From the NCBI GenBank assembly GCA_028534125.1, contig CM052816.1:17920001-17984000 (forward strand): a stretch of DNA of 64,000 nt. Reading direction: 5' to 3'. The notes under the pieces are model-generated. The model was not told where the DNA came from. It saw only the letters and a program-made list of their open reading frames with translations, and searched no databases. This document shows positions 12,036 to 24,779 of the stretch, one piece after another; position 1 is the stretch's first letter; every line of letters begins with the position of its first letter. This DNA comes from Lama glama (taxonomy: Eukaryota). The translations under genes were made by a program, and so were the position numbers.

Positions 12036-13638
12036 GAACAAAGAAAACAATAATAAACCAGGGCCAGGGATGGACTAGAACATCAGGTAAGTTTCCAAGG
12101 CTCAGAGAAATTTCTGTGAACTCAACCATTTGACAAATATTTTTTGTGCTCCAATTTTGTACTGTATTAGTTGATGGATTCTTTATTTTTTCCACTCTAG
12201 GATCTGTGACACTCAGAGAAGAGACAGCGTCTACACTCTGGGGCCACATCTGTGGATACTGCAGTTACTATATCTAGGACCCCCAATGCACTGTTGTCTT
12301 CAATCTGTTGCTTCTGACCTGCAGCCTGGCTTGTCTGTGGTGGCCTGACACATTTGGGCCTGCACCTATTGAGCTGAGATAGAAGGGACAAGGGAGGTAT
12401 GGCCTCCAAAAGGCCACCCGCTTCAAAATGGCTGCCAGGTTATCTCAGGCAAGGACACTTTGGGGAAGTGAGAGTGAAGCTTGGGCTCTTTTGGACAAAA
12501 CACCTACAGGTCACCCAAGGCATCTGAACCTGCCTACCACTGCACCTCCCAAACCTATTAGCAAGTGAATTCTCCAAACTCCCCACTGAGTCTGGGGCCA
12601 GCATGTTTATTAGGTCCAGGATACTCCATGAGGAGTATGGAGAGTGGTAAGAGAGGTTAGAATAAACAATTCAAGTGATCTCATTGTTTGGTAATAGGGC
12701 TGACAAGGTGCTCAGAGAAAGCACTCCTGGAACAGTATTTCCCCAACTACTGAATAAAATTTATTTACTTTCCTGCTAGCTCAGCCATCAAGCAATCATT
12801 AACCATTTACTGATTGATATATTAATTCCTTAATTGGTAGGACAGAAATCAAAAAAGCAAAAATCCACAGGATTAACCTAATATGAGAGCTAGCTTTTGC
12901 TAATCTTTTGGTGGTCTCTAGCTGTGTTTTATGGTCCCTGGGTATCAGAGAGAGGGAGACTAGGCCTCAGCAAGATGGGGTTAAGCTCAGAAACTCCAGG
13001 GAAGCCAAGACCTTCAAAAGGCAATGAATTACCTCAGTGGATGAATTTGTTTAAAAAAAATAGGAAATCAGGGGAGGAAGCTACACATGCAAGTCTTGGC
13101 TTTGGTTCACTTTAGAATAGAATGATAAAGAAAGAAGAGAAAACATTTCCATGAGAATATCTAACACAATGTGAATTCACATGGGTTTGAGGGCAGGATT
13201 CATATTACCTATGTGGTCCAACCACCCCAAGATGTAAATCAAATTTAATGTGCCCCTAGCAGAAGCAAATGCAAATCATCTTCGGGGGATAGTGAAATAT
13301 AATAAAGGTAACAACGAATATAAAATATGGGAAAATAGTTCAAAATAAGGAGTATAAAGTGAAAGGATCCAACATAAGTCTTATTGAAGTTCCAGAAGAA
13401 TATCGTAGAGAAAAAAGGGTAAAAGCAGTATTTACAGAGGTAATGGGTTACAGTTTTCTGGGATTAAGGAAGCCACAAATACTTAAGATTCAGGACGCCC
13501 AAGAAACCTTAATCAAAATAAATTTTTTAAAATTCCTATACCCATCATAATCTATAGAACACTAAACACAAAGAAAAAACATTAAAAGCTGCCAGAAATA
13601 AAAGATTACCTTTCCCCTTCAAAGGAATAACATTATAT

Positions 13639-13823
13639 CAATGGCTCTCAAACATTACTATGCATCAAAATGACCTGGAGGACTTTTTAAAACACATATT
13701 CCTAAGCTCCAACCACAGAGTTTGGATTTAGTAGGTCTGGAATAGTTTGAAAAAGGGTATTTCAAATAGCTACAAGGTGCTATAAATGCTGCTGGTCTAG
13801 GGGCCACCTTTTGAAAACCACTG
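13639..13823. mobile_element. MER5A-like hAT-Charlie MITE
   Basis: Terminal inverted repeats caatggctctcaaa ... tttgaaaaccactg, ~185 bp, internal match to recalled MER5A. Confidence 0.8.
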
Positions 13824-14814
13824 AATTACTCTGATAGGTGCATTATAAAGAACAACAGTGTCAGACAAAAGAAAATGGAATGGTATCTGTAAAGCACCAA
13901 GAGAAAAATCATTGTCAACCTAGAATTGATACCCAGGAAATCTATCCTTAAAGAACAAGCACAAAATAAAGATACTGTTGGACAAATAAAAACTGACAGT
14001 TTATTAACAATAGACTTTCACTGAAATAACTTCTAAAATATGTGCTTTTAGAAGAAAAATTATCCCAGAAAGATGATCTGAGATGGACGATAGAGGGTGG
14101 AAGTACAGAAGATGGTAAAGTGTCGGTGAATTTAAATAAGTTGTGCAAAACAAAAACATTACTCTCTAATCTGCAGGGCTATAAAAATTAATTTAGAATT
14201 AATATCCTAGAATATCCTAGAAAACAAAAGTATGCATGTCAAGATTGGAATGGTCAAACTGAAAACATTCTAAGATCCTTATTGTATTTGAGGAGAAAGA
14301 ATGCATTTTTATCTAGACTTCTAAAATTAAATATAAATTTAAAATGTCCAGTTTATTCATTGTAGGAACAATAACAGAATATACAAAAAAAAATCAGTAG
14401 AAGGGAAATTATGGAGTGCAATAAAAAGAAAACATATAATCCAAAGGAACTTGTAAAAAGAAAAAAAAATAATAGAGAAGAATGCGCACATATCAATATT
14501 CACAGTAAGTATACATGGACTAAACTCTCCAGTTAAAATATAGATCAAAATTAAGATTCAGGCACCTGCCATATATAAGATATAGCTAAAACACAAGAAT
14601 TTAGAAAAATCAAAAGAAAAATGGTAGAAAAATATTTATTAAGTAAATACAAAACAACATTTTGTTATTATAACTATGTTACTTTCAAACCAAGTACATT
14701 TTACAAAAAAAGAAATTACTGTGATTTACAGGATTGCTACTGATAAAAAAATTTTATTGATATATATTGATAAAAATGTAATTTAGCCATTCAAAAATAT
14801 TGATAAAATATAAT

Positions 14815-14905
14815 TTATCCATTCAAAAATATTTTTAGAGTCTACTACGTGCTAACCATTATTTCCGACATTGGGGATACAGCAGTAAACAAAACAGAAA
14901 AACTC
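14815..14905 (-). mobile_element. L2 3' end fragment inside the ancient L1
   Basis: catt caaaaatatttttagagtctactacgtgc...tggggatacagcagtaaacaaaacag is the reverse complement of an L2 terminus. Confidence 0.55.
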
Positions 14906-16147
14906 ACAAGAAGTAAATTTAAAATTCTAGGTCTGTATATACCTAATAACATACTTCAAACTCTAAAGTGTAAAAAGTTCAATGAACTACAAGATGAAAT
15001 TGACAAATTCACCATAAAAATAGGAGATTTTAATAAAAACACCTCTCTGATAAATCAAACAATGGGAAAAAAGAGTAAAGCAATAAAAGAATTGTATACC
15101 ATAATTAATAGCTGGTTTAATAGACAAGTATAGAAATAAATTATACATAAGAAAGTACATACATATGCCAGAGCATAAAGGAGAGCTCAATAAATTTCAA
15201 GCCATAAATATCAGACAGACCTCATTCTCGCTGCTCAAAGTTAGAAATCGATAATTAAAAAGTAAATAGAAAAAAAATTTCTATGTTTGGAATTTAGGAC
15301 TAACTAATAATATAGAGAAAAAGGATACAATAGAAAAGGTGAAATTAAATGAAGGATCACTATTAATTCTTTGAAAAAATATAAATGACAATTCATTCAG
15401 TTAGAACAAAGAAAGAAGGCAAAAATACAAATACATAATATTAAGAATGAAAATGGCACATAACCACTGGTGGAGCAGAGATTTAAAAGCAATAAATGAA
15501 ACTTATGCCAATTAATTTCAGCACCTAGATGAAATGGAAGATTTCCTGCAAAAAAATATCGACTATGATAGTTGACTCAAAAACTTTACAACTATCTAAA
15601 AATGAAACAATTAATTTAAAAAAGAACAACTGTCTTCAAGGCTCAGATGACTTTATACAAGCATTCAAAGAAACACTGAAGAAACAGATTATAATGTTAA
15701 GCAAACTTTCTCAAGAATTGAAAAGAACACTTCCCAAATCTTTTATCAAGTTAACATAATCTTGACAATAAACCCAAGAAAGGATATTACAGGAAATAAA
15801 AAATTGAGACCAATTTTACTCATGAAAGAGATATAAAATTCATTCTTCAAAAAATGTTAGCAAACCAAATAAAGCAACACAAGGAAAGAATGTAACACCA
15901 AGAATTAAAAGTCAGATTTAAGCCCAAGTAAACCAAGGCAAGACCAAGTCAGGTTTACCCCAGGAATGTAAGATTGGTTTAGTATTAGAAACTTTTCATC
16001 CATTTCACCATACAGATTAACTGGAGATGAAAACCCATATGATCTATCAACAGATACAAATAAAATAGCAATAATTTAATGTCTAGGTTTTTAAAATATG
16101 TATATTTTAATTAGCAATCTAGGAGTGAAAAGAAACGTTATTTAATT

Positions 16148-19100
16148 TAAAGCAAAAGCCTACAATATGCTGCCTACAAGAGACCCACTTTAAGGACACA
16201 TACAGATTGAAAGTGAGAGGACAGAAAAAAGATACTTTATGCAAATGCAACGGACAAGAAGGTGGGGGTAGCGATACACTCATGAGACAAAATAGACTTT
16301 AAAACAAAGGCTATAAAAAAGATAAAAAGGGACACTATATAGTGATAAAAGGATCAATATAAGAAGAGGATATTATACTTGTTAACATATGCATCCAATA
16401 TAGGAGCACCTAAACACATAAAATAATTACTAACAGACATAAAGGGAGAAATTGATGGGAATACACTAATAGTAGATGTTAATACCCTACTAACATCAGT
16501 GGACAGATCTTCCAGACAGAAAATCACTAAATGGCAACAGATATCCTAAATGACACAACAGAATAGCTAGACTTAATTGATATCTTCATGACATTATATC
16601 CCCAAAAAACCCCACAAAAAACCCATAGAATGTACATTCTTTTCACATGCACAAGAAATATTCTCTAGGATAGACCACATAGTAGGACACAAAACAAACC
16701 TCAACAGATTTTAAAAGGATAAAAATTATTTCAAGCATCTTTTCTAACCACAATGACATGAAACTAGAAACCAACCATAGAAAGAGAAGTAAAAAGAAAA
16801 AACAATTGTATGGAGACTAAGTAACATTCTACTAAAAAAATCAATGCGTCAATGACAAACTCAAAGAGGAAATTTGCAAATACCTTGAGATAAATGACAA
16901 TGAAAACACAAGCATACCAAATACATGGGATGCAGAAAAAACAGCCCTAATAGGGAAGTTCATAGAAGCCCTAATAGGGAAGTCTGTGTCTTCCCTATTA
17001 GGGACTTCCCTCAAAAAACAAGAACAATCTCAAATGAACAACCTAATCGACTATCAAAGATAATTAGAAAAAGAAGAAAAAATAAAACCTGAAGTCAGCA
17101 GAAGGAAGAAAATAATAAATATCAGAGAGGAAATAAATAAAATAGAGATCTAAAAAAACAAACAAACAAAAAAACCCAAAACAGAAAAATCAATCAATCA
17201 AGAGCTGGTGTTTTGAAAGAGTAAACAAAAATCAACAAATTTCTGGCCAGGATCACCAAAAAGAAAAGACAAAGGACCTAAATAAATGAAATAAGAAATG
17301 AAGGAGGAAAAATAACAACCAATACTGCAGAAACAGAAAAAAAAAAAGTAAGAGAATACTGTGAACAATACCAAAAACATATACCAAAAATTTGAAAAAA
17401 TTAGAAGAAATGGGGACCTTTCTAGAAATATACAGTCCACCAAAACTCAATCAAGAAAAAATAGATAATTTGAACAGACCAGTCACTAGAAGTGAAATAG
17501 AATCTGTAATTTTAAAAACTCCCTGCAAACAAAAGACAAGGACTGGCTGACTTCACTGGGGAATTCTACCAAACATAACAAAGAGTAACTTACACCAATC
17601 CTCCTTAAACTCTTCTAAAAGACTGAAGAGAAGGGGACACTCTCAAAGTCATTCTGTGAAGCCACCATCACCCTGATCAAAAACCAGACAAAGACACTAC
17701 CAAAAAAGAAAATGATAGGCCAATATCTTTGATGGATATAGATGCAAAAACTCTGAACACAATAGCAAACCAAATCCAATAACACACAAAAAAGATCATA
17801 CACTATGATCAAGTTGGATTCATCTCTGGGTCACAAGGATGGCTTCACATATGCAAATCAATCTGATACACCATATCAACAAAAAAAGACAAAAAACATA
17901 TAATCATCTCAATAGATGCAGAAAAAGCATTTAATAAGATTCAATCCACTCATGATAAAACCTCTTACTAAAGTGAGTGTAGGGGGTGTGGAGCCAAGAT
18001 AGCAGAGTAGAGAGACTCACAGCTCACCGTCTCCCACAAATACTCTGGCAGAGTGTCTCTCATTTCAAAATACAGGAGGATTCTCACAAAATCAGATAAA
18101 CAACAAGTTTCTACTGTATCACACAGGGAACCATATTCAGTATCTTGTAGAAACCTCTGATGAAGAAGAATATGAGAACAAATGTATGTTCCTATGTGAC
18201 TGAAGTATTGTGCTGTATGCCAGAAACTGACACAATGTTGTAAATTGTACTTCAATAAAAATATATTAAAACTGAAAAAATTAAAATAAAAAAATAAAAT
18301 ACTCAATGGTGAAAAGCTGAAAGTCTTCCTGCTCAAATCTGGAACAGGAAAAGGATACCAACTTGCACCAATTCTATTGAAAATAGTACTGGAAGTTCTA
18401 GCCACAATAATTAGATAAGAAAAAGAAAAAGGATGCAAATTGGAAGAGAAGACATAAAAGTGTTACTACATGCAGATGACATGGTACTATATATAGAAAG
18501 CCCTAAAAGCTTCACACAAAAACTACTAGAGCTGATAAAAGAATACAGCAAGGGAGCAGGATGCAAGATTAACATAAAGAAATCTGCTGCATTTCTTTAC
18601 ACTAATACTGAAATATCAGAAAAAGAAAGTTTAAAAAATCCCTTAAAAAATTGCATCATAAAAATAAAACAATTAGGAATTAACCTGACTGGGGGATGAA
18701 CGATTTATAAACTGAGGACTATAAAACACTGACAAAGGAAACTGAAGATGATTTAAAGAAATAGCAAGATATCCAATGCTCTTGGATTAGAAGAATTAAT
18801 ATTGTTAAAATGGCCATATTTGACAAAGTAATCTACAAATTTAATGTGATACCTACCAAACTACCCATGACACTTTTCACAGAACTAGAACAAACAATCC
18901 TAAAATTTATATGGAATCACAAAAGACCTAGAATTGCCAAAGCAATCCTGAGGTAAAAGAACAAAACTGGAGGCATAACTCTCCCATCCTTCAGACAATA
19001 CTACTGAGCTACAGTAATCAAAACAGCATGTTATTGTCATAAAAACAGACATATGGTTCAGTGGAACAGAATAGAGCGCCCAGAAACAAACCCATACACC

Positions 19101-20542
19101 TATGGTCAATTAATCTTTGACAAAGGATGCAAGAATATACAATGGAGAAAAGATAATCTCTTCAGCAAGTGGTGTTCAGAAAGCTAGACAGCCTCACATA
19201 AATCAATGAAGTTAGAACACTCCCACGCACCATACACAAAAATAAATTCAAAATGGCTTAAAGACTTAAATATAAGACAGGACACTATAAAACTCCTAGA
19301 AGAGAACACGGTCAAAACATTCTCCAATATCAATCATAGCAATGTTTCCCTAGGTCAGTCTCCCTAGGCAACAGAAATAAAAGCAAAAATAAACAAATGG
19401 GACCTAAAGAAACTTATAAGCTTTTACACAGCAAAGGAAATCATAAACAAAATGAAAAGACAATCTATGGACTGGGAGAAAATAGTTGCAAACAATGCAA
19501 CCGACAAGGGATTAATTTCCAAAATATACAAACAGCTCATACAACTCAGTAACAACAACAAAAAGAAAACCCAGAAAACAACCCAATCCAAAAGTGGGCA
19601 GAAGACCTAAATAGACATTTTTCCAAAGAAGATATATAGATGGCCAACAGGCATGTGAAAAAATTCTTAATATCAGTAATTATCAGAGGAATGCAAATCC
19701 AAACTACAATGAAGTGACACCTCACTCCAGTCAGAATGCCATCAATAAAAAGTCCACAAATGATAAATGCTGGAGAGGGTGTGGGGAAAAGGGAACCCTC
19801 CTACACTGTTGGTGGGAATGTAGTTCGGTGCAGCCATTGTGGAAAACAGTATGAAGATTCCTCAAAAAACTAAAAATAGAGCAATCATGTGACCCATCAA
19901 TTCCACTCCTGGGCATATATCTAGGGGAAACTCTAATTCAAAAAGATACATGCACCTCAGTGTTCATAGCTGCACTATTTATAATAGCCAAGACATGAAA
20001 GCAACCTAAATGTCCATCAATAGATGAATGGATAAAGAAGATGTGAGACACACACACACACACATCTCACATAGTGGAATACTACTCAGCCATAAAAAGA
20101 ATGAAATAATGCCATTTGCAGCAATATGGATGGACCTAGAGATTATCTTACTAAGTGAAGTTAAGTCTGACAGAGAAAGACAAATATATAATGTCATTTA
20201 TATGTGGGATCTAAAAAATAATACAAAGGAACTTAACTTACAAAACAGAAACAGACTCACAGACATAGAAAACAAACTTTTGGTTACCAAAGGGGAAAGT
20301 GGCAGGGAGGGATAAATTAGGAGTTTGGGATCAGCAGACACACACTACTACACATGAAACAGCTAAACAACAAGGACCTGCTGTATAGCACAGGGAACTA
20401 TATTCAGTATCTTGTAAGAACCTATAATGAAAAAGTGTGTGTGTGTGTATGTATGTATCTGAATCATGTTGTACACCTGAAACAAATACAATATTGTACA
20501 CTAACTATACTTCAATAACCAATATAGGTAAATTTTAAAAAA
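16148..20542 (+). mobile_element. Cetartiodactyl-type L1, 5'-truncated near the start of ORF2, inactive
   Basis: Begins at the ICCLQETH endonuclease motif. RT segment 18433-18699 ([11 protein letters not shown]). C-terminal Cys-rich region ~19765-19825. 3' UTR with ctgtatagcacagggaactatattcagtatcttgta. Multiple premature stops. Confidence 0.9.
17982..18298 (+). mobile_element. Mini-L1: L1 5' terminus fused directly to L1 3' UTR and poly(A)
   Basis: Starts GGGGG...GAGCCAAGATAGCAGAGTAG (L1 start with YY1-like motif at 17995-18004). From ~18094 it matches the L1 3' UTRs at 20361-20518, 44516-44683 and 62313-62482. AATAAA at 18254-18259, then an A-rich tail. Confidence 0.8.
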
Positions 20543-20844
20543 TACTTTCTTAAACTGATAAAGAAAAGCTCCCCATCATAAAAAAATCCAGATGCACACA
20601 CACATACATGAGAGAAATATTAGAATTTTTACTTTTAAAATCTGTAGCAAGAAAAGAAAATGACCATCACCAATATCATCAATTCTATCTAATGTTATAT
20701 GAAGGAAAGTAACCTGAGCAACTAGACAACAAAAATACATGAGCCGAAAGGAAAAAATTAAATTTTCATTAGTTGAATATAATGTAATTGTACTGCATGG
20801 AACGTCTCCCCAAATATGTACAATACATTAAAATTAATAAGAGT

Positions 20845-21110
20845 TCATCCACTCATTTAACAAGTATTTCTGAGTATATACCATAAGGAGAATACTCAAA
20901 TCCTCAGTTTTCAATGCTGGAGATACCACAGCAAACCAAAGAGAAAAAAATACCTGCCCCAATGTTGCTTACATTCGACAATGTAGTGAGTGGAAATGTA
21001 CAATACACAAAATAAGGAAGAAAACTATATACTGTTAGAAAATGGTAAAATTATGTAGCATTAGAAAATGGTAAGTACAGAAAAAGCTCAAGTTAAAGAA
21101 AAGGATAAGT
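20845..21110 (-). mobile_element. L2 3' fragment inside the ancient L1
   Basis: catccactcatttaacaagtatttctgagt...tgctggagataccacagcaaacc...cctgccccaatgttgcttacattc. Confidence 0.55.
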
Positions 21111-22394
21111 ACTGGGGGTACTATGGAAAGAGAGTGGTTTAGCAACCTAATTGCATTTCTGTAAACTAGCAAATTCTTAAATGATGTAATAAAGAAAAAC
21201 CATTTATAATAGCAAACAATTATGTGTTACCTATATAAAAGTAAGTAGAAGATATGCTAAATGCGTTTAGAGTACATTAACAGACTCTACTGAAAGACAT
21301 TCACAGAAGATCTAATAAATGTAGTGGTTCCATATGCATGGGTTGAAAAACTATAATCATAAAGATGCATTTCTCCTTAGATTGTTCTATGGCTTCACTG
21401 TGAGTCCAATCATTTTAAGCTTTTATGAAACTTGATAAGCCGTTTCAAAATGTTTACACAGAAGAGCAAAGAGGGAAGAATGGATAAACACTCCTGGGAG
21501 AAAAGCACTAGGCTGGGGGCAGGAGGGTAGACTTAACTCACCCAGGTATCAAAATTCAGTATACAGTTATACTAATACTGCATAGAAGGCACCATGTAAT
21601 TATTAGCACAGTGACTGACAACAGAACAGAGGTCCCTAACGTAGAATCACACTAAAATGGACACTTGACATATGACAAGACTGATGCTGCAGATGATTGG
21701 GAATGGAGTATCGAATGCAAGAAAGTACGAAAACAGTTGGGCATCTTTTTGGACAAAAGTGAATTTGGATTCCCACCTCACACTATGCTTTAAAATAAAT
21801 ACCAAGTGGATTAAATAGAGAAGACAAGCTTATAAAGCTTAGAATATAGGAAAACAAATTAAAATTTGAGAAAACTAATTATAAAAGAAAATACTGATAC
21901 ATTTGACTATATGAAAATTAATAATCTTCTTCCTAAAATGCTTTCATAAAGGCCATGAAAAACCAAAGTACAATTGTGAGATGTCTGTTATGTTTACATC
22001 TGACAAAATTTTAGTATCCTGGCTCTAAGAATCACCAGGCAGAGGACAAGCAACCCAAGAAAAACAAGGATAAGAGAGTTGGACAGGTTATCATAGAAGA
22101 GGAAAACAAAATATAAGAAAAATGTTTAGGGAAGTGTGAATTAATCTCACAAGATATTTTATACTTCTTCCAAAGAGAGGAAAGGAAAATGTTAGACATT
22201 ATCAAGCGTCACTGAGGATGAGGAGTAAGCTGAACGCCTATATCCTGAAGAATACACTGATGTATGCATTTTGGAAAGCAATCTAGCAAAGGTAGAGATG
22301 TGTGGATGCCACAGCCCAGCAAACCTACCCTTGGGTACATGCCTGGGATATACTCTTGTGGGTCTACACCCAAAGGACATACAAAAATGTTCAT

Positions 22395-23180
22395 GGATGG
22401 GGATGCAGAATGGTACAGCTACTCCAGAAAAGAGTTTGGCAGTTTCCTACAAAGTTCAACACGTGCTTACCATACCACCCAGGTATCCCAGTCTTGGGCA
22501 TTTATAGCAAAGAAACAAAACTGTGTTCACACAAAAACTAGTACACAAATGGTCATAGAAGCTTTATGAACTAGCCTCATCCTGGAATCCACCCCAGCAT
22601 CCTTCACAGGTGAATGGTTAAATTGTGGTACATCTATGCCATGGAATACTACTCAGTAAAAAAGGAGCAAACTGATGGTGCATGCAACAATTTGCATGGA
22701 TCTCAAGGGAAATGTGATGCCTAGGGGGGAAAAGCCATCTCAAAAGGTTACATGGTGTGAAATTTCATTTATATAGCAGGTTTGAAATGACAAAATTATG
22801 GGAATGGAGAACAAATTGGTCACCAGGGGCCAGGGAAGGAGAAAGGGAGGGAGGTGGCTATGGCCAAAAAAGAGCAGCATAAAAGAGGATTATGACAGAA
22901 CTTCTCTGTTTCTTGACTGTGTAATGAAATTTCATAGAACTAAACACACATACGCACACATACACACATGTGAGTGCATGAGAACTGGTCAAGTCCAAAT
23001 AAAGTAAATGGATTATATTAAGGTCAGTTTCCTGAGTGTGATACTACACTATAGTTATGTAAGATGTTGCTATTACTTCCAGTAATAGTTACTGGAGAAG
23101 CTGGGAAAGGGGCATAAAGATCTCTTTGTATGATTTCTTACAACTGCATGTGAATATATGATAATTTCCAAAAAGTTTTA
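22395..23180 (+). mobile_element. L1MC/L1MD-like 3' fragment nested in the ancient L1
   Basis: Second copy of the ORF2-end/3' UTR motifs, ending caactgcatgtgaatatatgataatttcc. Degenerate TSD-like aaatgttcat / aactgtttat at the flanks. Confidence 0.7.
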
Positions 23181-24101
23181 AACTGTTTATAGAAAAACTG
23201 TTTTTAATAGTGAAAAAATCTTGTATAAAATCTAGATGTCATTTTGGTAGCAGAATGAATTAATAAATCATGATATATTTAGGCACTAGAAAACTGTACA
23301 GCAGGAAAATGAAAAATGTATAGCTTCACACACACACATCAACATAGGTAAATCTCCAAAAAAAAAAAAAGTCTAATTGTGGGAAAAAGAAATCTGCAGA
23401 AGAATTAATATGATGCTATATATGGTTTATAAATAGGTAAAACTTAAGGAACTAGTTTGGTTAAGAATGCACCCATATGTGGTAAAATTATGAAGGGAAA
23501 CCAAAAAATGATAAATACTATATGCAAGAAAGTACCTCAGGGTGGTAGGAGGTGAGACAGCACTCAGAAAAGAGACTTCGGGGGCTGTACTTTTTGCTGT
23601 TTGTGTCTCTACCATTGAGTTCAACTGTTTTGCTTTACACTTTGTTCTTATGATAATCTCTTGTATGTATTCAGTATTTAATTAAAACAACATAAACAGC
23701 TTACTGGGACAGAAAGCTGCTGGCCAAAAAAAAGGGCATGTGAAAGACTACGGAATCTATGAATACATGATGTTAGTGCTATTAAGTTCCAACTCCAAAG
23801 TCCTCTATAGGAAGGCATTAACAACAAAGCAATAAACAATTTCTATTCCCCATACAATGGGGATAGACTAACGTGCGCCCCCCCACACACACCAGACATA
23901 CATGACCTACTTTGGCACAAGAACATTCTGTTTCTCTGTAATACTATGAGTAAAATAAAAATAAACATTTGCAGATACTTGACAGACGGCCGCAATATAT
24001 ATGGTCTCTGTGACCAGACTCCATGGGTGTGGCTCCCAGTGCCACCATTCTCTAGCTGAGACTCTTGGGCAAGAAGCCTCACATGTGAAATGGGACTAAC
24101 A

Positions 24102-24556
24102 CAGCAGTTCTCAAATGTTTTGGTTTCAAGACCCTTTTAAACCCTTAAAAACCATTAAGGGCTTCAAAGATCTATTATTTATGTGGGTCAATGTATCTAT
24201 CAATATTTTTGTTTATTAATTCATCAAATATGATGAGAAACTTACTGCATGTTAGTATCAGTAATATATTTTATGAAAAAACATTCTAAAACAAAAAATA
24301 ACTAATGAGAAGAGCAGACTGTTCCACATTTATGAAAATCTCTTAATGTCTGAGTTAGAAGCCAGCTGAGTTCTCATGGCTGCTTCAGCATTCAAACTGT
24401 TGCATTATGTTGTTTTAGCTGAAGTACATGAAGAGAATTCAGCTTCACACAAATATAAAGTTGAAAAAAGGAAGGACCCAGTGGAACCCTGAAAAGGTCT
24501 CAGGGACCCCCCTACGCCTCATCAAGGATCCTTGAACGACACTTTAACAACCACTA
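24102..24556. mobile_element. Charlie1b-like hAT DNA transposon, preceded by a MIR fragment (~24010-24100)
   Basis: TIR-like ends cagcagttctcaaa ... tttaacaaccacta. 8-bp TSD gactaaca (24094-24101) / gactaaaa (24557-24564). Interior matches recalled Charlie1. Confidence 0.8.
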
Positions 24557-24779
24557 GACTAAAAGTTTCCAGTTTTAGGACTGCAAAGTAGACACATATA
24601 GCAATCTTCTGTTTCCTACACCAAACTGAATTACAGAAAATATGTTAAAATAAAAATGTATGGCTGTGCTTAAAAAACTTGGTATGTGTGCATGACAGAA
24701 TGTGGGGGTGGATTCACTGAAGGAGAATTCAAGCATAAAAAAAATCTTGCATTGACATGTGAAAGTCAAAACCTGAAGG

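Larger units (their letters stand above)
13100..23690 (+). mobile_element. Ancient L1 (L1ME-like), ORF1 to 3' UTR, fragmented by at least five later insertions
   Basis: ORF1 remnant 13359-13550 (SNISLIEVPEE), ORF2 endonuclease remnant ~14849-15133 (IDKFTIKIGDFN). ORF2 reads across the 16.15-20.54 kb insertion (LGVKRN...FLKLIK). 3' UTR to ~23690. Confidence 0.75.

Noticed and set aside
16148..20542. Potentially active L1
   Set aside because: 5'-truncated, has many stops and frameshifts, and is interrupted by an insertion.
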